A stretch of DNA of 63,668 nucleotides, filler included, from Octopus bimaculoides (Eukaryota), in NCBI RefSeq assembly GCF_001194135.2. It is 4 parts of 4 records of this genome, joined end to end, with 100 filler letters (N's around TTAATTAATTAA, not from the genome) between each part and the next. Parts side by side here need not be neighbours in the genome. Positions count along the whole stretch, not along the records: positions 1 to 24,522 come from NC_068995.1; 3 more parts are not named here. The stretch is one strand, 5' to 3'. Shown piece after piece: positions 1 to 14,189 of the stretch. Under the pieces are notes generated by a model. That model saw only the letters and a program-made list of their open reading frames with translations, had not been told where the DNA came from and did no database searches. The position numbers and the translations under genes were made by a program. Position 1 is the first letter of the stretch. Each line of letters starts with the position of its first letter.

Positions 1-66
<66 letters not shown>

Positions 67-194
67 TAGAGAGAATTTATATGTACGTATGTGTACGGGT
101 ATATATACGTGAGTGTATATGTGAATGCTTATAAGCAGACACATAGTCATTCATATACGGAGAGAGAGAGGAAGAGAGAAAGCAGCGGGAGAGA

Positions 195-233
<39 letters not shown>

Positions 234-259
234 NNNNNNNNNNAGAGAGAGAGAGAGAA

Positions 260-300
<41 letters not shown>
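1..300. repeat. (GA)n microsatellite
   Basis: Long GA dinucleotide runs with a small N gap. Similar (TA)n, (CA)n and (GA)n tracts recur throughout the window. Confidence 0.95.
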
Positions 301-301
<1 letters not shown>

Positions 302-850
302 CGAAACATGGCTAAGGTAAAACATGCATGCGCACATATATAGATTCGTGCCCCCCCACACACACATATGTATATATATGCCTGTATATATACGTAATAT
401 ATATTATATATATATATATGGTGTCTCTCTATTCATCTATCTACCTACCTATTTATATATCTATCTACCTATCTATCTATGTATGTATCTACCTGTCTAT
501 CTACCAACCTATCTATCTATCTATATATGTGCACACACACTTCATTTATATGGTAGTACATAAGTGCACCTAAAACGAATAGACTCTTGAAAATTATGTA
601 TTAAACAATGACTAAAATAAATGCAAAATATATTCTTCCGTATTTATTTCAACGTATAGTGTCATTTAATAGCTAAGTGTCTCCTCGGTTTAGCTCTACT
701 TGTGTATCATTCTGTTATTGTTTAACAGTTGGTTTATGGAACACTCTCCTAATTGCTTTGTAGAAACGAAAGAAATTTATTATAATTGCGATATAATAAT
801 TTCTGTAATTGATGCCTAAATGTACCTACACGTGCATAGATATACACACA

Positions 851-896
<46 letters not shown>

Positions 897-1825
897 CATA
901 GATACATACAGACACACATACACACACACACGGACGCGAGCACACACACACACGCGTACGCATACATACATATAACATTCTTTGCAGATACATAAACAGA
1001 GTGCATTTAACTATTTCTCCGTATATTGAATATATAATGAACAACCTTAAACAAATTTCGAAACCTATTGGTTTCACATCTGACGTGTCTTCATCATTGG
1101 GACCAGTCCCTGAGAAATAAGCAACCAGCCTTTATGTATACTCAACAAACTCAGGCGATGTATGTATTTAGGCAATACAAGATGGTTAAAATTCTAGCTT
1201 TAGAACGACGTAATTTATGATATAACAGTCGATACTTGTGATACCTTTACCGTAAGCAAAGAATTTCTTCTCCATGGTAACCTACAGTAAAATTGTGTTC
1301 AGAAGTCAAAATATGTCACAAACATATTTTAACTAACCTAAAGTTTATTTCTTTCTTATTCCAGCTTAGCGCTGATATTAATGTATTTGTTCTGGCCTGA
1401 TCGTCGACCTGCGCAACTTAGTATTCAAACTTACATTGTGAAGCTACGGTTTTCTAATCGTTTCACCGTTGTCTTTCTTCAGTATCTTCTTCTGTGGAAA
1501 GCATAGGAATTCGAGAGGGCGCTACTAAGCCAAAATAAAAGTTCGTTTATACAATAGCAACTGCCTCTGAAGAGATGTTATATCATTTAAGTCATTTGCG
1601 AGCTGTGTTTGATTCGATATCACTGAAGTACGTTCTAAATATTTACGTTTTAGATAATGGATGGGAAGTGTTATATAGAATATTCTCTTGGCATTTACAT
1701 GCATGTTTAATTGTGTAATTCGAAAGCGAGTTGGCGTATGGTTTAGGAAATTGATAAATGAAATAGGAGAAATGTATACAAATATACATACATACAAGCA
1801 TGCATACATACATACACGCATAAAC

Positions 1826-1858
<33 letters not shown>

Positions 1859-2849
1859 NNNNNNNNNNNNNNNNNNNNNNNNNNNNNNNNNNNNNNNNNN
1901 NNNNNNNNNNNNNNNNNNNNNNNNNNNNNNNNNNNNNNNNNNNNNNNNNNNNNNNNNNNNNNNNNNNNNNNNNNNNNNNNNNNNNNNNNNNNNNNNNNNN
2001 NNNNNNNNNNNNNNNNNNNNNNNNNNNNNNNNNNNNNNNNNNNNNNNNNNNNNNNNNNNNNNNNNNNNNNNNNNNNNNNNNNNNNNNNNNNNNNNNNNNN
2101 NNNNNNNNNNNNNNNNNNNNNNNNNNNNNNNNNNNNNNNNNNNNNNNNNNNNNNNNNNNNNNNNNNNNNNNNNNNNNNNNNNNNNNNNNNNNNNNNNNNN
2201 NNNNNNNNNNNNNNNNNNNNNNNNNNNNNNNNNNNNNNNNNNNNNNNNNNNNNNNNNTACACACACACACATACACACACACATACACACACACACACAG
2301 ACACACAAACAAATATATACACAAAGAGAGACACACACATATTTCTTTGTGTGTTTTCGCTATTCTGGTCTCCAAACTTGAATAATTCAGTTGCTGAACG
2401 AGAACAGAAATAATGTAAATTAATTTTAAAACAGCGAACATTTTATTTCAAGAGAAATAAATTGAATTTTACTTCGTATATAACACAATGTTTGTGAAAA
2501 TTATTTATATTTTTTTCTAGCAACAGAAGAATTGGTGCAAGCAAGCACAGAGCAAAACAAAATTCTAGTCTAAAAAGATGCAAGCACGCATGCGCACAGA
2601 GAGTGTAAACACACACACACACACACACATACACACACATATATGTATACATACATACATTCACACATGTATATATATGTATATACCTATATATATACAT
2701 ATCTGTCTATCTATCTACCTATATGTGCTCATGCACAGCTGAGTTCAAGATCAATCTTTGCGCATGGCTTCACTCTGAGTACAATGGCAACAGTCCGCAT
2801 ACTTATTGATCAGACCACGTACATAAATATGTATGCATGTATGTATGTA

Positions 2850-2906
<57 letters not shown>

Positions 2907-5230
2907 ATATGTATCAAGAGAATTTTTGTTATAATTGACAAGTGAGGGCTCACATCTTCAAGATCATTGATATATGGCACTTCGAAATGCCCAAACGAAA
3001 TTTGTATGAGAGTATCCCTCTCATTTTTGTTACTTAAAATGTGATCCTTTATCTCATCGATCGGCACTTCATCTGGAAATTCCTTGTGTACACCGTATAC
3101 ATGTCTTATTTGAGATTTATTAGATTAACGAAGGGCTGTGTTATTCCATTTCGTTCAGAAAGGAGGCTGACGCCCCATCATACAATATTGGCCTCCCTTT
3201 ATAGGATACAAATTTTTCCTCAATGGAGAGCGCCACCTCATCATAAGAGGTATATCCTTCTTCATTGGAGGTACATCCCTCGTTGGTGATTAGAAAAAAA
3301 GAATGATTAAAACAAACTCCTTTTATATTGAATCAATTTTAGCTATTTTAAGACTTCACTTCTTCAGCTTCTGGTTCCACTCCATATATGTGGAAGAGGT
3401 GATACAGCTACGAGAATGTTCTTACTCACCATTTAGTTCTTGATGTTTTCTTGTTTTTGTGTGTGTTCTTTATATATGTATATATATAGTTTCTAAGGTT
3501 ATGGATGACTACAAATGGAATATTTACGTCTTTGTCTTCGGCTTTCATCGTGAAGATTTCTCCGTAAGCCAGAGATTGGGAGGTCTTTTGGTTATGTCAT
3601 TGGTTATGACATGAATTAACAAGTTTTTCCGGGTATTTTTGTTTCCAAAGGGAAATCTTTACTTTCACCAGTTGAACACCGGATGTAAAAAAGGACAAAA
3701 TGCCGCTAAATATTTTTTTCCAGCGTCCTAACAATTCTGCCAACTCACTGACTTAGATGCATCTTGTTATATTAAATGGAGTTTTTCTTTTAATATGGGA
3801 TAAGTGGCAAGATCTAAGATCTAAGTATTGGTGTGTATCCGATTACTTGCTGTAGAAACTATTACAGACAATCATGTTATGCCTTCCCAACTCCGACAAA
3901 TATATAATCGCAGACAGAAACACACATACCCTCACATTCCATTTACACATATTTATTTATACAGCCTTTGCTATTTGTCTATTGCGCTGGCAAGTCCAAG
4001 AAAAAATAATGAGCTAACTATACTTGTACTGCATTATATTCTCTGCAAGAAACTCTAAGAGCAATAGAAATAATATTGACATTGTTTAACTTATTAGATG
4101 TTTCCATTCAATTTGAATCAGCAAGTTAGAATTTATTTAACCGAGTCAGAGCTAAATGGATTACGTTAATTTACTAAATTAATATTTTCAGTTTATATCA
4201 CTTTGGAACATGGAAGTGGAGCGGCAACCATGCGATTGGTTTGCAGAATAATCTCAATTTAGAAGATTATTTACGTAAACCAGTTAGTTTGATGATTGGA
4301 ATAATTCGTACAGAGAAGTAAAAGTTTGAAATGAGCTTAATGATATCTTGAAATATTTAGAAATGTAATTGAGTTATAAAATTAGTATATAAAGCGTCAC
4401 TTGATAAGAGTGGGTTTATCGCCCAGGCTGGTTATAGGGGGTTATCAGCAATTACTTTGGAATTTTATACGCTTTAAGCAAATAATCTATACACACATAT
4501 ATATATATATATATANNNNNNNNNNNNNNNNNNNNNNNNNNNNNNNNNNNNNNNNNNNNNNNNNNNNNNNNNNNNNNNNNNNNNNNNNNNNNNNNNNNNN
4601 NNNNNNNNNNNNNNNNNNNNNNNNNNNNNNNNNNNNNNNNNNNNNNNNNNNNNNNNNNNNNNNNNNNNNNNNNNNNNNNNNNNNNNNNNNNNNNNNNNNN
4701 NNNNTATATATGTGCGTGCGTGTGTGTGTGTGTGTGTGTGTGAATGTGTCTATGTGTGTTTATGTGTGTCTGGGTGTGTACATGCATACATTCATGCATA
4801 TATTCTTGTATACATACACCCTCGTCAGCATACGCGCGCGCGTGAACATACACTCACACACACAATGACACATAAACGAGATTTTGAACACGAAAATGTT
4901 TCAGAAACTATTTAGATCAATCATTATATTAATTTCTCGAAGGTTAGTATTATTTCTCGTATTTGTATTATTAGATTAGTCCAAAGTTATTACGCTTAAG
5001 TTTAGAATGAAAAATGTATTAAATATACTTAAGTTCAGTATTTAATTGAAGGAAACTCTAGATTGTACGACCAAAATATCAGCGAATATATTTAAAATAA
5101 CAAAGAACAAAAATCGATGCATTTTCTATTGATTTAATGGCAATGTTTCTTTTTTTGATATACAAAACCTAAATAATATATTCGCTAAACGAGAAATATT
5201 CTCAAATAATCTTAAATACCAAACATTTGA

Positions 5231-5437
5231 GTCTGTGTTTGTCCCCCCCTCCCACCATCATCGCTTCACAACTGATGATGGTGTGTTTACGTCCCCGTAA
5301 TGTAGCGGTTCGGCAAAAGGGACCGATAGAATAAGTATTGGCATACAAAGAATAAGTCATGGGTCGATTTGTTCGACTAAAGGTGGTGCTCCAGCATTGC
5401 TGCAGTCAAATGGCTGAAACAAGTTAAAACAAAAAAG
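5231..5437 (+). mobile_element. SINE family A (octopus tRNA-derived SINE type), 3' half
   Basis: GTCTGTGTTTGTCCCC...GATAGAATAAGTA...GTCGATTTG.TCGACTAAAGG.GGTGCTCCAGCAT.GC.GCAGTCAAATG.CTGAAACAAGT recurs at 27.8, 54.4, 61.4 and 61.9 kb. Confidence 0.8.
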
Positions 5438-6085
5438 TAAAGTCTTCGCATAGTTCATAAATACGGATTTTGGACAGAAGCAAAGGGAATATTGACTTTA
5501 GTACCTGGCTGATACGTCATTTATCGACCCTGGATGGCTGAAGGAAAAGCTGACTCAAGGACAGATGTAACTCAGATGTAACTCAAAAGGAGTATTTTGT
5601 TCAATTTGCTAAGTTTCCTGAAATCACCGGTCTTCAAATTTTGATTAATACTAAAATAAAAAGAGGCACTGAGCCTATGTTATAAAACGTCTATTGGATA
5701 GATAAACATGGCCCCATTTAATATGCTGCGAACAACCTTTCAATATTTCATTTATGCTTGACTCAAAACAATGTCGAAAGCAGGGAAGCGTTAACTTTCC
5801 GTTCTTGTTATTGTCAGTTAAATTTGAGAAGCTGTGTAAAATTTGCACACATGAATCTTGTTTAAGGCCAGATATACAACAAAACTATGGATAATTCGAC
5901 GTCTTTGCCAGCGGAGAGCAGAGCGCAGCGTCGAGTTCTTCGTGTTAATAAAAGGATTCCTCAAACAACAGGCTAGAAACATAATTGCTCTGGGACTCCA
6001 TGAGTCTCATTCTAAAATCGGAAAATGTAATTATTTTTATTTTTGGCATTCGTTTCAAATGAATTTTTTTGCCTCTCGACCTGAG

Positions 6086-6119
<34 letters not shown>

Positions 6120-6841
6120 GAAAATTTCTTTATATATATCATCAGCGTTCTAGGGGAGAATAATGCGTAAAGAGTATTGTCAGTTTTAATAATGAAGAAT
6201 AGAAAAAAAAAAAAATCAGACATCAGACACACACACACGAGACATTGCTTTTCCTGTATATCAGAATAACCTCGTACAATAAAGTCAGGAGATTATTGGT
6301 ATGCATTGATTCCCATTGGTAAACACCCGAACGAACGACAAACATCTAATGATAAAATAATAGTAAAATGTATATCATATATCCATGTGGTATTTCATGT
6401 ACAAATCATGAATAGTTATTTTTACTTTGTTTTCTCTATACTACATGAGAAATATCCTGCATTAAACCATTCAGTATCGAGTTGTCTGGGGGAACTTTAT
6501 GAAGTATAGTAATCAGCTTGAAAGTACATTAAAAATGAGAATTTTATTGGCTGATGGCAGAAAAGCTAATGTTTTGTGCATCTGTGTCGTTAAATTGATT
6601 TTCCTCACGATATTCTGGCTTCGAACATGAGGATCCCTTGGGAAAGCAACAAAATAAACGAGCTGAGCGAAAAGTTTTTTTTTGCTTTCTCAAAGCAAAT
6701 ATTGTTATTTATTTGTAGAATATTATGTTTATATGGGAATAAGTTCATAAATATAGGTTTATATATACAGCCCACATCAGAATATTTATCGAGGAAATGG
6801 TAAATACATACGTACGTATATACAGATATACATACACATAT

Positions 6842-6921
<80 letters not shown>

Positions 6922-7687
6922 CAAGCTTGCCTGTAGATGCATTCATTTATGGTCAAGTTCACATACGTACATACACAGACAAACATAGGTTTACACACAT
7001 ACAGGCAGACACATAATACAGTGCTCACAAATTCCCTGGGCACTTATATATAATAACAATATATACATTCATACGTGTGTGTGTGTATATATTAAAATAT
7101 ATACACCCATATAATTATATATAAATATATATATAGACACACATATATAAATGTATATAAATATATATGTATATATATATACAAATATATATGCATATAT
7201 ATGCCTGTACACGCATATATATATATATATATATAATACATACACAACATATACATGTACATATGTCTGTATATGTGTGTATGAATATACATACATGCAT
7301 ACATACATACATACATACATGCATGCATGCGTACATACATACATGTGTATGTGACGGAAGCCGCATGGCTGAAACGCGTAAGTGAGTGTGCGTGCGTAAA
7401 AAACACAACCACACACACACATTTCCTCTCACGGATACAACCATATATTTCTATATCTAGGTGTTGCAATTTCTCTCACACGCAAAAAAAAAAAAAAAAA
7501 AAAAAAAAATTCGACAGAACGTGAATAATCAAACAAACCATTCTAGCATACAGCTGATAATTATTGCAGGAATAATGGTAGGCGGAGAGGATTGTCGAAA
7601 CGTTCATACTTATTTCTTAAATCTTGACAAACACAGATACAAACCATTTGTACATTCAATAGAACGCTTCATTCTCGTAAAGTGGCA

Positions 7688-7728
<41 letters not shown>

Positions 7729-8088
7729 GCGTGCGTACGTGTGTACGCGTGTGTTTGCATGTACATGTGTGTAGCAGTCTGTGTGCACCGGCATATATAC
7801 GGATCCTTGTTATAAACAGAATTAAAACGCACGGATGTAGCGGATCCATGAAATCGTTCGCAGTTTTACAGCTTCCCTCCACGGTGAATTTAAGACAGGT
7901 GGTACGTTTTAGGGTGTATGGGTGTATTCTATGTATATTTATATGTGTATTTGTGCGTGCATGTGTGCGTGCATGTGTGCGTGTATATGTGCATGTATGT
8001 ATGTATGAATGTACGTTTCTAACTATGAATCTATGAATAAATGTTACATACATACATACATACATACATACACGCATACACACACATA

Positions 8089-8599
8089 TGGTCATCCCAT
8101 AAATAATGCGGTTTTTTTAATTGCATAAACTAAAAATCTGAAGGGGACGGGATAAACTACGTGCATCAACTTGCTATAAAAGCAGGTAGCAATTTTACCT
8201 TGTCTTTATTCATAGTGCAAGTTTTGAAGAGTGCAGTTCGATTTTAAGAGTTATTTTTTCAAAGCTATAATATAAGTGACAAAGGAGCATTTTCGGCATA
8301 TTTTGCTTTATAAGTTCAATAAAGGCAACAACGCAACGGAAAGTGCGAGGAATATTAAAGCAGTACATGGAGATCGGACAATTTCGAGCCAGAAACTACA
8401 GCCCAGAAGACGAGCTCCGTCCTAGAAGATCTGTAGATCATAATTATTGAGAAACTAGCAGGGAAGCTTGGATTTAGTTATTCAACCATTCGGCGACCCA
8501 CTACATGCCATCGGAAAAGTCAGCAAACTGGGTCAATGGGTTCCTCACAAACTTACCGAGTCTAAATAGCGCGCGGAGAGTGAATATGTGCTCTTCTTT
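8089..8599 (+). mobile_element. Mariner transposon 5' part (left TIR plus degenerate transposase N-terminus), cut off by a gap
   Basis: TA at 8087-8088, then TIR-like TGGTCATCCCATAAATAATGCGGTTTTT. Translates to VTKEHFRHILLYKFNKGNNATESARNIKAVHGDRTI and later GKVSKLGQWVPHKLTES (mariner WVPHEL motif), with deletion and frameshifts. Confidence 0.9.
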
Positions 8600-9309
8600 N
8601 NNNNNNNNNNNNNNNNNNNNNNNNNNNNNNNNNNNNNNNNNNNNNNNNNNNNNNNNNNNNNNNNNNNNNNNNNNNNNNNNNNNNNNNNNNNNNNNNNNNN
8701 NNNNNNNNNNNNNNNNNNNNNNNNNNNNNNNNNNNNNNNNNNNNNNNNNNNNNNNNNNNNNNNNNNNNNNNNNNNNNNNNNNNNNNNNNNNNNNNNNNNN
8801 NNNNNNNNNNNNNNNNNNNNNNNNNNNNNNNNNNNNNNNNNNNNNNNNNNNNNNNNNNNNNNNNNNNNNNNNNNNNNNNNNNNNNNNNNNNNNNNNNNNN
8901 NNNNNNNNNNNNNNNNNNNNNNNNNNNNNNNNNNNNNNNNNNNNNNNNNNNNNNNNNNNNNNNNNNNNNNNNNNNNNNNNNNNNNNNNNNNCCTCCTCCT
9001 CTTATAAATATGCCTGCGAGAGTGGATTGTTATCTTTGACAGTCAGAGTGAAAATTTTAGATTTACTAATGATTTCTTTGGCTCACTTTTTGTTGAAACG
9101 TTGTCCACTCTTAGGCACCAATAAAGGAACATGGCTTAAAGTGGCAGTATTTTTTGAGAAGAAGGTGTACTGAGCAGGAAATTAAAATAATGATCTTGGA
9201 AAAAAATTTTCAAGTTCTATCTTCTGCATCAGGATGAGCCTAAAATAATATTTTGATCATTGAAATTACAAGCCTAATGAGAAAAAAAAGCCATTAGCGT
9301 CAATGAAAA

Positions 9310-9800
9310 TCTCTCATGCATGTTTTATGCGTATGTTACCACTTTCAAATGACAGCCTGCGTCCATCTAACATGCGAACCCATAGGGAGACAATGCACAT
9401 TAACAAGAAAGGAAAATCCCTCGAGTACTTTAAAACTATCAGAGCGACGAGTTTCAAGTAAAGAAACATTGAATGAAATGTTTAGTAAAGACTAGCGAAG
9501 ACTACAACGGTTTACTTGCATCCTATGAGAGTTGCGAGATAATTGTCAAAGTAGTGAGACTTAATTTTAGCTTGAAGCAGAGTGCGCGTGATATTAACAA
9601 GATCAACTCTTTGGATAATTTAGCAGTATCAAGGCTGTTAGATGAAATGGTTGACAATGAAGAACAAGTAACTGGGGAATATGTGAAGCACTTTGTCCTG
9701 CAAATCGATGAATATCTTTGAGGGGATAATGAAGCCCTTCAGGTGACTAACATTACGTGTTTGAATGTTAACGCTGGTCAACAAAAACATAGGAAATGAT
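9310..9800 (+). mobile_element. Degenerate hAT (Charlie/Buster-type) transposase fragment
   Basis: LSNDSLRPSNMRTHRETMHINKKGKSLEYF resembles the BED-finger SN.AMKPSKL.RHL.TKH...K..EYF. GLLASYE and SLDNLAVSRLLDEM...FVLQIDE resemble LSNNTV.RRIDEM...FSLQLDE. Stops and frameshifts are present. Confidence 0.65.
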
Positions 9801-10049
9801 TTTGGGTGACCCATAAAATTTATTGATCTTGATTTCCAAACTGCTTTCGGTATAATTCTAAAGGTTTGTCCAATTATTTTATAATTATATTTGAAATAAT
9901 TTATATTTCTCTGAATAGTTACCCAGTATAATATGTATGCTTCATGATTATCAAAATCATCCATTCCAGCTTTGCTTGTGGTACCTTTACACCTAGAAGA
10001 CAATGACAAACTCTCACAGCTGCACTAGATATAATCTCATTGTAATATA

Positions 10050-11030
10050 CGTAACACACACAAGTAGTGCGCTTTATGTATAATCTGTTATGCTTGTTCA
10101 CATGGATCACTGCGTTGGTTGAACGGATGAAGAAAATAAATGCCATTTCCTCACCCCTGGTAGTCAGATAACAAAGACATGACCATATTGCTATTTTTTT
10201 TTGTTAAATTATGTTCTAATAAAACCTAACCTAATATTGCTTATTCAAATATGTATTTAGCACGTAGATTAGTCCAGCAAGAAGAAGCAATACCCTTTCC
10301 CTTTCCCTCTATCCCCCAAATAATAGACTAGCTTCCACCAGGGAAGAACGGACTGCTCAAAGCACAATTAGTGGACCTTATACTGTTCCTGAAATTTCGG
10401 AGCCAAGTTTATGTAACTCTTCTCATGGGTAAAGTTAAGTTTATGGTTAACAACGTTAGGTTTATGGTCGACAAATAATAGCCATCTTAAATGATTCTGC
10501 GTGTTTCAGAATGCTTTACTGATGTCGACTTCAAAAGCTGCTTTCAGTGTTTTACACAATAGCGTCCGGATGATATTGTACGCGATTTATCGCTCACTAA
10601 TGAGAAAGCAGAACTTCTTGCCTCAGTACTGAACGAAGGTAATTAACTTGACGAAAATATACAAGTGGCTATTGAACCGCAGATTTTAATTTGTCAACAC
10701 TCTCTACAATAGATGGTTCACCCTTCTGTTGCAAAATATATCACGAACTTGACTCAATACTTATGAAGCATCTGGTTAGTGTTTGTATGGATTTTGCACC
10801 GATCAGCTTAATAGCAATTCCACTGCATGACGGGAATGTGAAGCTCTTCAATCTCATTGTCTACTTTTTCTATGGAAATGACACACACATAAATATAGTG
10901 CTTGGTACCGTTCACTATTGAATTAATTAATGGAATTTCTTTGAGATCACGAAAGTTATCAGTATACAAACGGGCATCGTAAAATAGTCTTGTTTAGTAA
11001 GCTCAAAGTAGTACTATAATTTGCGATGCC
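10050..11030 (+). mobile_element. Degenerate DNA transposase, Chapaev3-like (family name from recall)
   Basis: Colinear pieces: SLRWLNG*RK*MPF; DIVRDLSLTNEKAELLASVL (cf. NDLVRDL.L.K.KAELL.SRL); CMDFAPISLIAIPLHDGN (cf. FIDSSK.SLKAVLLHNGN); WNFFEITKVI (cf. W.ICGDLKVI). Confidence 0.5.
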
Positions 11031-11810
11031 GAGAATAACTTTCACAGTAACGAACGGTGTCCAGTCTGTCCAGTTATCTGAGCCTACGTTGTATATCTAA
11101 TACTTCTCCATATCACACGGGGTTTAAAGACAAGTCTTGTGAGAGTGATGCATAAATTTAATTAAAAACTGTAGAATATTTCTTGAAAAGGTTACCAAAT
11201 ATGAGCACAAGCCCCCCCCCCCCCAAAAAAAACACAAAACTGGCAGGTTTTGAATTGGTTACGAGTAAACGTGGCGGATAAGTCCTGAAATTAGAAGTGG
11301 AGTCCTCAAACTTGCTTATGTAAAGATAAAGGCTGTCGTTACAATACACTTCTATATTCCCATTTGGATTTCTTCTTGGGAAATGTTGCTGCCGTGAGTA
11401 AAGAGAACAATTCTGCCAAGATTTTTACGCAAGGAATGCAATTTGTCAGGGATTTAGAAACTATGGTATGATGATTATCTATTGTTGGATATTTATGTCG
11501 CCACGACACAGGCAATGTTATTCACGGCGCTTAAAAGCTTATATAACGAATATTTGAATATTTTTTCACTTACGTATGTACATTATTAAACGTACGATAT
11601 AAAAATGAAGTTAAGATTATCATATGTATAAATTATTCAAGGATTTGTCTAGTGCTTCGGTTCAAGTAGTGAACATTTTGTAGTATTTATTTAGTTTGTG
11701 CAAAATGTTATTTAATACACCATATGTATTCATAAAATTGCGAAAATGGAAACTGTCGTATTCGAAAGAATATACAAAAGCTAAACATCCCGGGATAAAA
11801 CAGAAAAGCA

Positions 11811-11962
11811 AAACATGAACGGCATGTAAGGCGAAACATGAACAGCGTGTAAAGCGAAACGTGAACGATATGTAAAGCAACTCATGAACAGCATGTAAAG
11901 CGAAACGTGAACGGCATGTAAAGTAAAACACGAACGGCATGTAAAGCGAAATATGAACGGCA
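11811..11962. repeat. 23-bp minisatellite, about 6.6 copies
   Basis: Unit GAACGGCATGTAAAGCGAAACAT repeats at an exact 23-bp period, with GAAC from 11817 to 11955 and point variants. Confidence 0.9.
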
Positions 11963-13141
11963 ATAAGGCCAGTGCTTTACGAAAATGTACTAAACCTCGT
12001 GCGAAAGTGCACACACGCATTTATAATTTCTTCGGACAATTCATTGAAAAAAAATGTTCTTTCACAAAACTTTCTTCTTGTCAACTTCCTCTTTAATTTA
12101 TTCTTTCTTTCTCTTTTCGTCTCTTATTTCTACCAATCTCTCTTATCTTTTTTTCCTTTAACTCACCTTCTCTCTCTCATATCTCTCTGTTTCATTCTCT
12201 CACTCTTTCTTTCTGGAATTCATTTATTTAAAGATTCTCTTTGATAACCAATTTTTTGCTCAAGCCGCATAATTTATTAATGTTCAATCTTCTTCCTCTC
12301 TTCTTCTTTCTCTTCCTTGCTTTCTTCATTTCTTCAGTCTAACCAACATAAACCTATCTTTCTCTTTAGTCTTATCTCCTTTAATATATTTTTTTCTTTA
12401 CAATTACTTTTATTTTGTGGTGAACCATTGTATGGTCAAGCAATATTCTCATCCGGTCAGAACTCGACGACTTATACAACCATTTCGGTATCATCTCTTC
12501 GAATCACATATTCTGTTTCATTCTTCATTCTTATCCAAGGAATTTATTTTGTTTAGGTTATTTCTTATAATACTTACGTTGACTTTCCAGGTTCTCTCAT
12601 TATACCAAAATATCACTCTGTCTTTCGAAAACGACCAGCAGCCTTTCCTATGCTCTTCTGTGTATATATCAACAATAATTATATATATATATTATTGTAG
12701 ATATATATATACGGAACAGCATATGTATATATGTATATATATATATATACATATATGTATTATGTCTATATGTATATATATNNNNNNNNNNNNNNNNNNN
12801 NNNNNNNNNNNNNNNNNNNNNNNNNNNNNNNNNNNNNNNNNNNNNNNNNNNNNNNNNNNNNNNNNNNNNNNNNNNNNNNNNNNNNNNNNNNNNNNNNNNN
12901 NNNNNNNNNNNNNNNNNNNNNNNNNNNNNNNNNNNNNNNNNNNNNNNNNNNNNNNNNNNNNNNNNNNNNNNNNNNNNNNNNNNNNNNNNNNNNNNNNNNN
13001 NNNNNNNNNNNNNNNNNNNNNNNNNNNNNNNNNNNNNNNNNNNNNNNNNNNNNNNNNNNNNNNNNNNNNNNNNNNNNNNNNNNNNNNNNNNNNNNNNNNN
13101 NNNNNNNNNNNNNNNNNNNNNNNNNNNNNNNATACATATAC

Positions 13142-13174
<33 letters not shown>

Positions 13175-13357
13175 CTTACACACACACACACACATATTTA
13201 TATATGTACATACACACGCACCTACGTATTTATATACATACATACATATATAATTAAAAAAAACGGACAGAAAAGGACATCAAGGAAAAAAACAACACCA
13301 CAAGGACGTGGTATATTAATAAGTATTAATAAGACGTTCAGAGAAGGAAAGAAAGAG

Positions 13358-13394
13358 TGTTTTACGTTTCGAGCAAAGCTCTTCTTCAGAAACA
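13358..13394 (-). ncRNA. Minimal type I hammerhead-ribozyme motif in a Penelope-type terminal repeat
   Basis: Minus strand reads UGUUU-CUGAAGA-A-GAGC-UUU-GCUC-GAAA-CGUA-AAACA. This gives a CUGANGA and GAAA core, 4-bp stem II, 5-bp stem I, a palindromic ACGU in place of stem III and a GUA site. There is one extra A after A9. Confidence 0.6.
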
Positions 13395-14189
13395 GGAGAC
13401 AGGGGAGAGTCCAACAGAAGAAGGAAGACGGAGGAAAAAAATCACCAACAGTCCACATGCGGTTACATACATATATATACATACAAACATGTGTATCTGT
13501 TTGTATGTATGTAAACATGTACCTCTCGTGTGTGTTTGTGCATATATTTGTGATTATATACATGTATGTGTGTAGACGTAGACGATATTTACAATGTAGT
13601 ATACAATAGTAAGCAGGTATATACATACGTTTATATATGTATTCTTATAGATACATACACCCGAGTGTGTATATATATATATATATCTTTCTCTCTCTCT
13701 CTTTGTATATATATATATATATGTATATATACATAGTTACATTGTTTCTCATGAGTGCTCGTACATTTATATATGTGTGTGTGTATTATGTATGCGTATG
13801 CATATAATTTTATGTACGCATGTATATATGCATGAATGTAGTAATCAATTAGAAGTGTAGTCTCCACACACTGGAAAACAATAGGAAAAAATGTACAAAC
13901 AAGAAACACTTAACGTATTGTCACATCAATTCAAGACTCCCACCATCACGGGTTTGTGAATGGTGAAAATAAATGGGTGAAAGAGAGGAGAATGGTGAGG
14001 AAGAGTAGAAGAGGAAGAAAGGCAGACAGAAAAGAAAAGAAATAGCAACAAAACTAAAAGGAGAGAGAGAGAGAGAGAATACCATAAGGATTTAAATAAA
14101 GCCGACATCATTATATCGATGGAAGCTTTTAAAATGTTACAGCAGCATATCGACGCAAAACTGCAACAGTTATACCGTCATCAACAGAA

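Noticed and set aside
1437-1525. Possible minus-strand exon (TTTTATTTTGGCTTAG acceptor, CAAT|GTAAGT donor)
   Set aside because: All three frames contain a stop and there is no recognisable homology.
11811-11962. CRISPR-like array
   Set aside because: Head-to-tail repeats without unique spacers, in a eukaryotic context with no cas genes.
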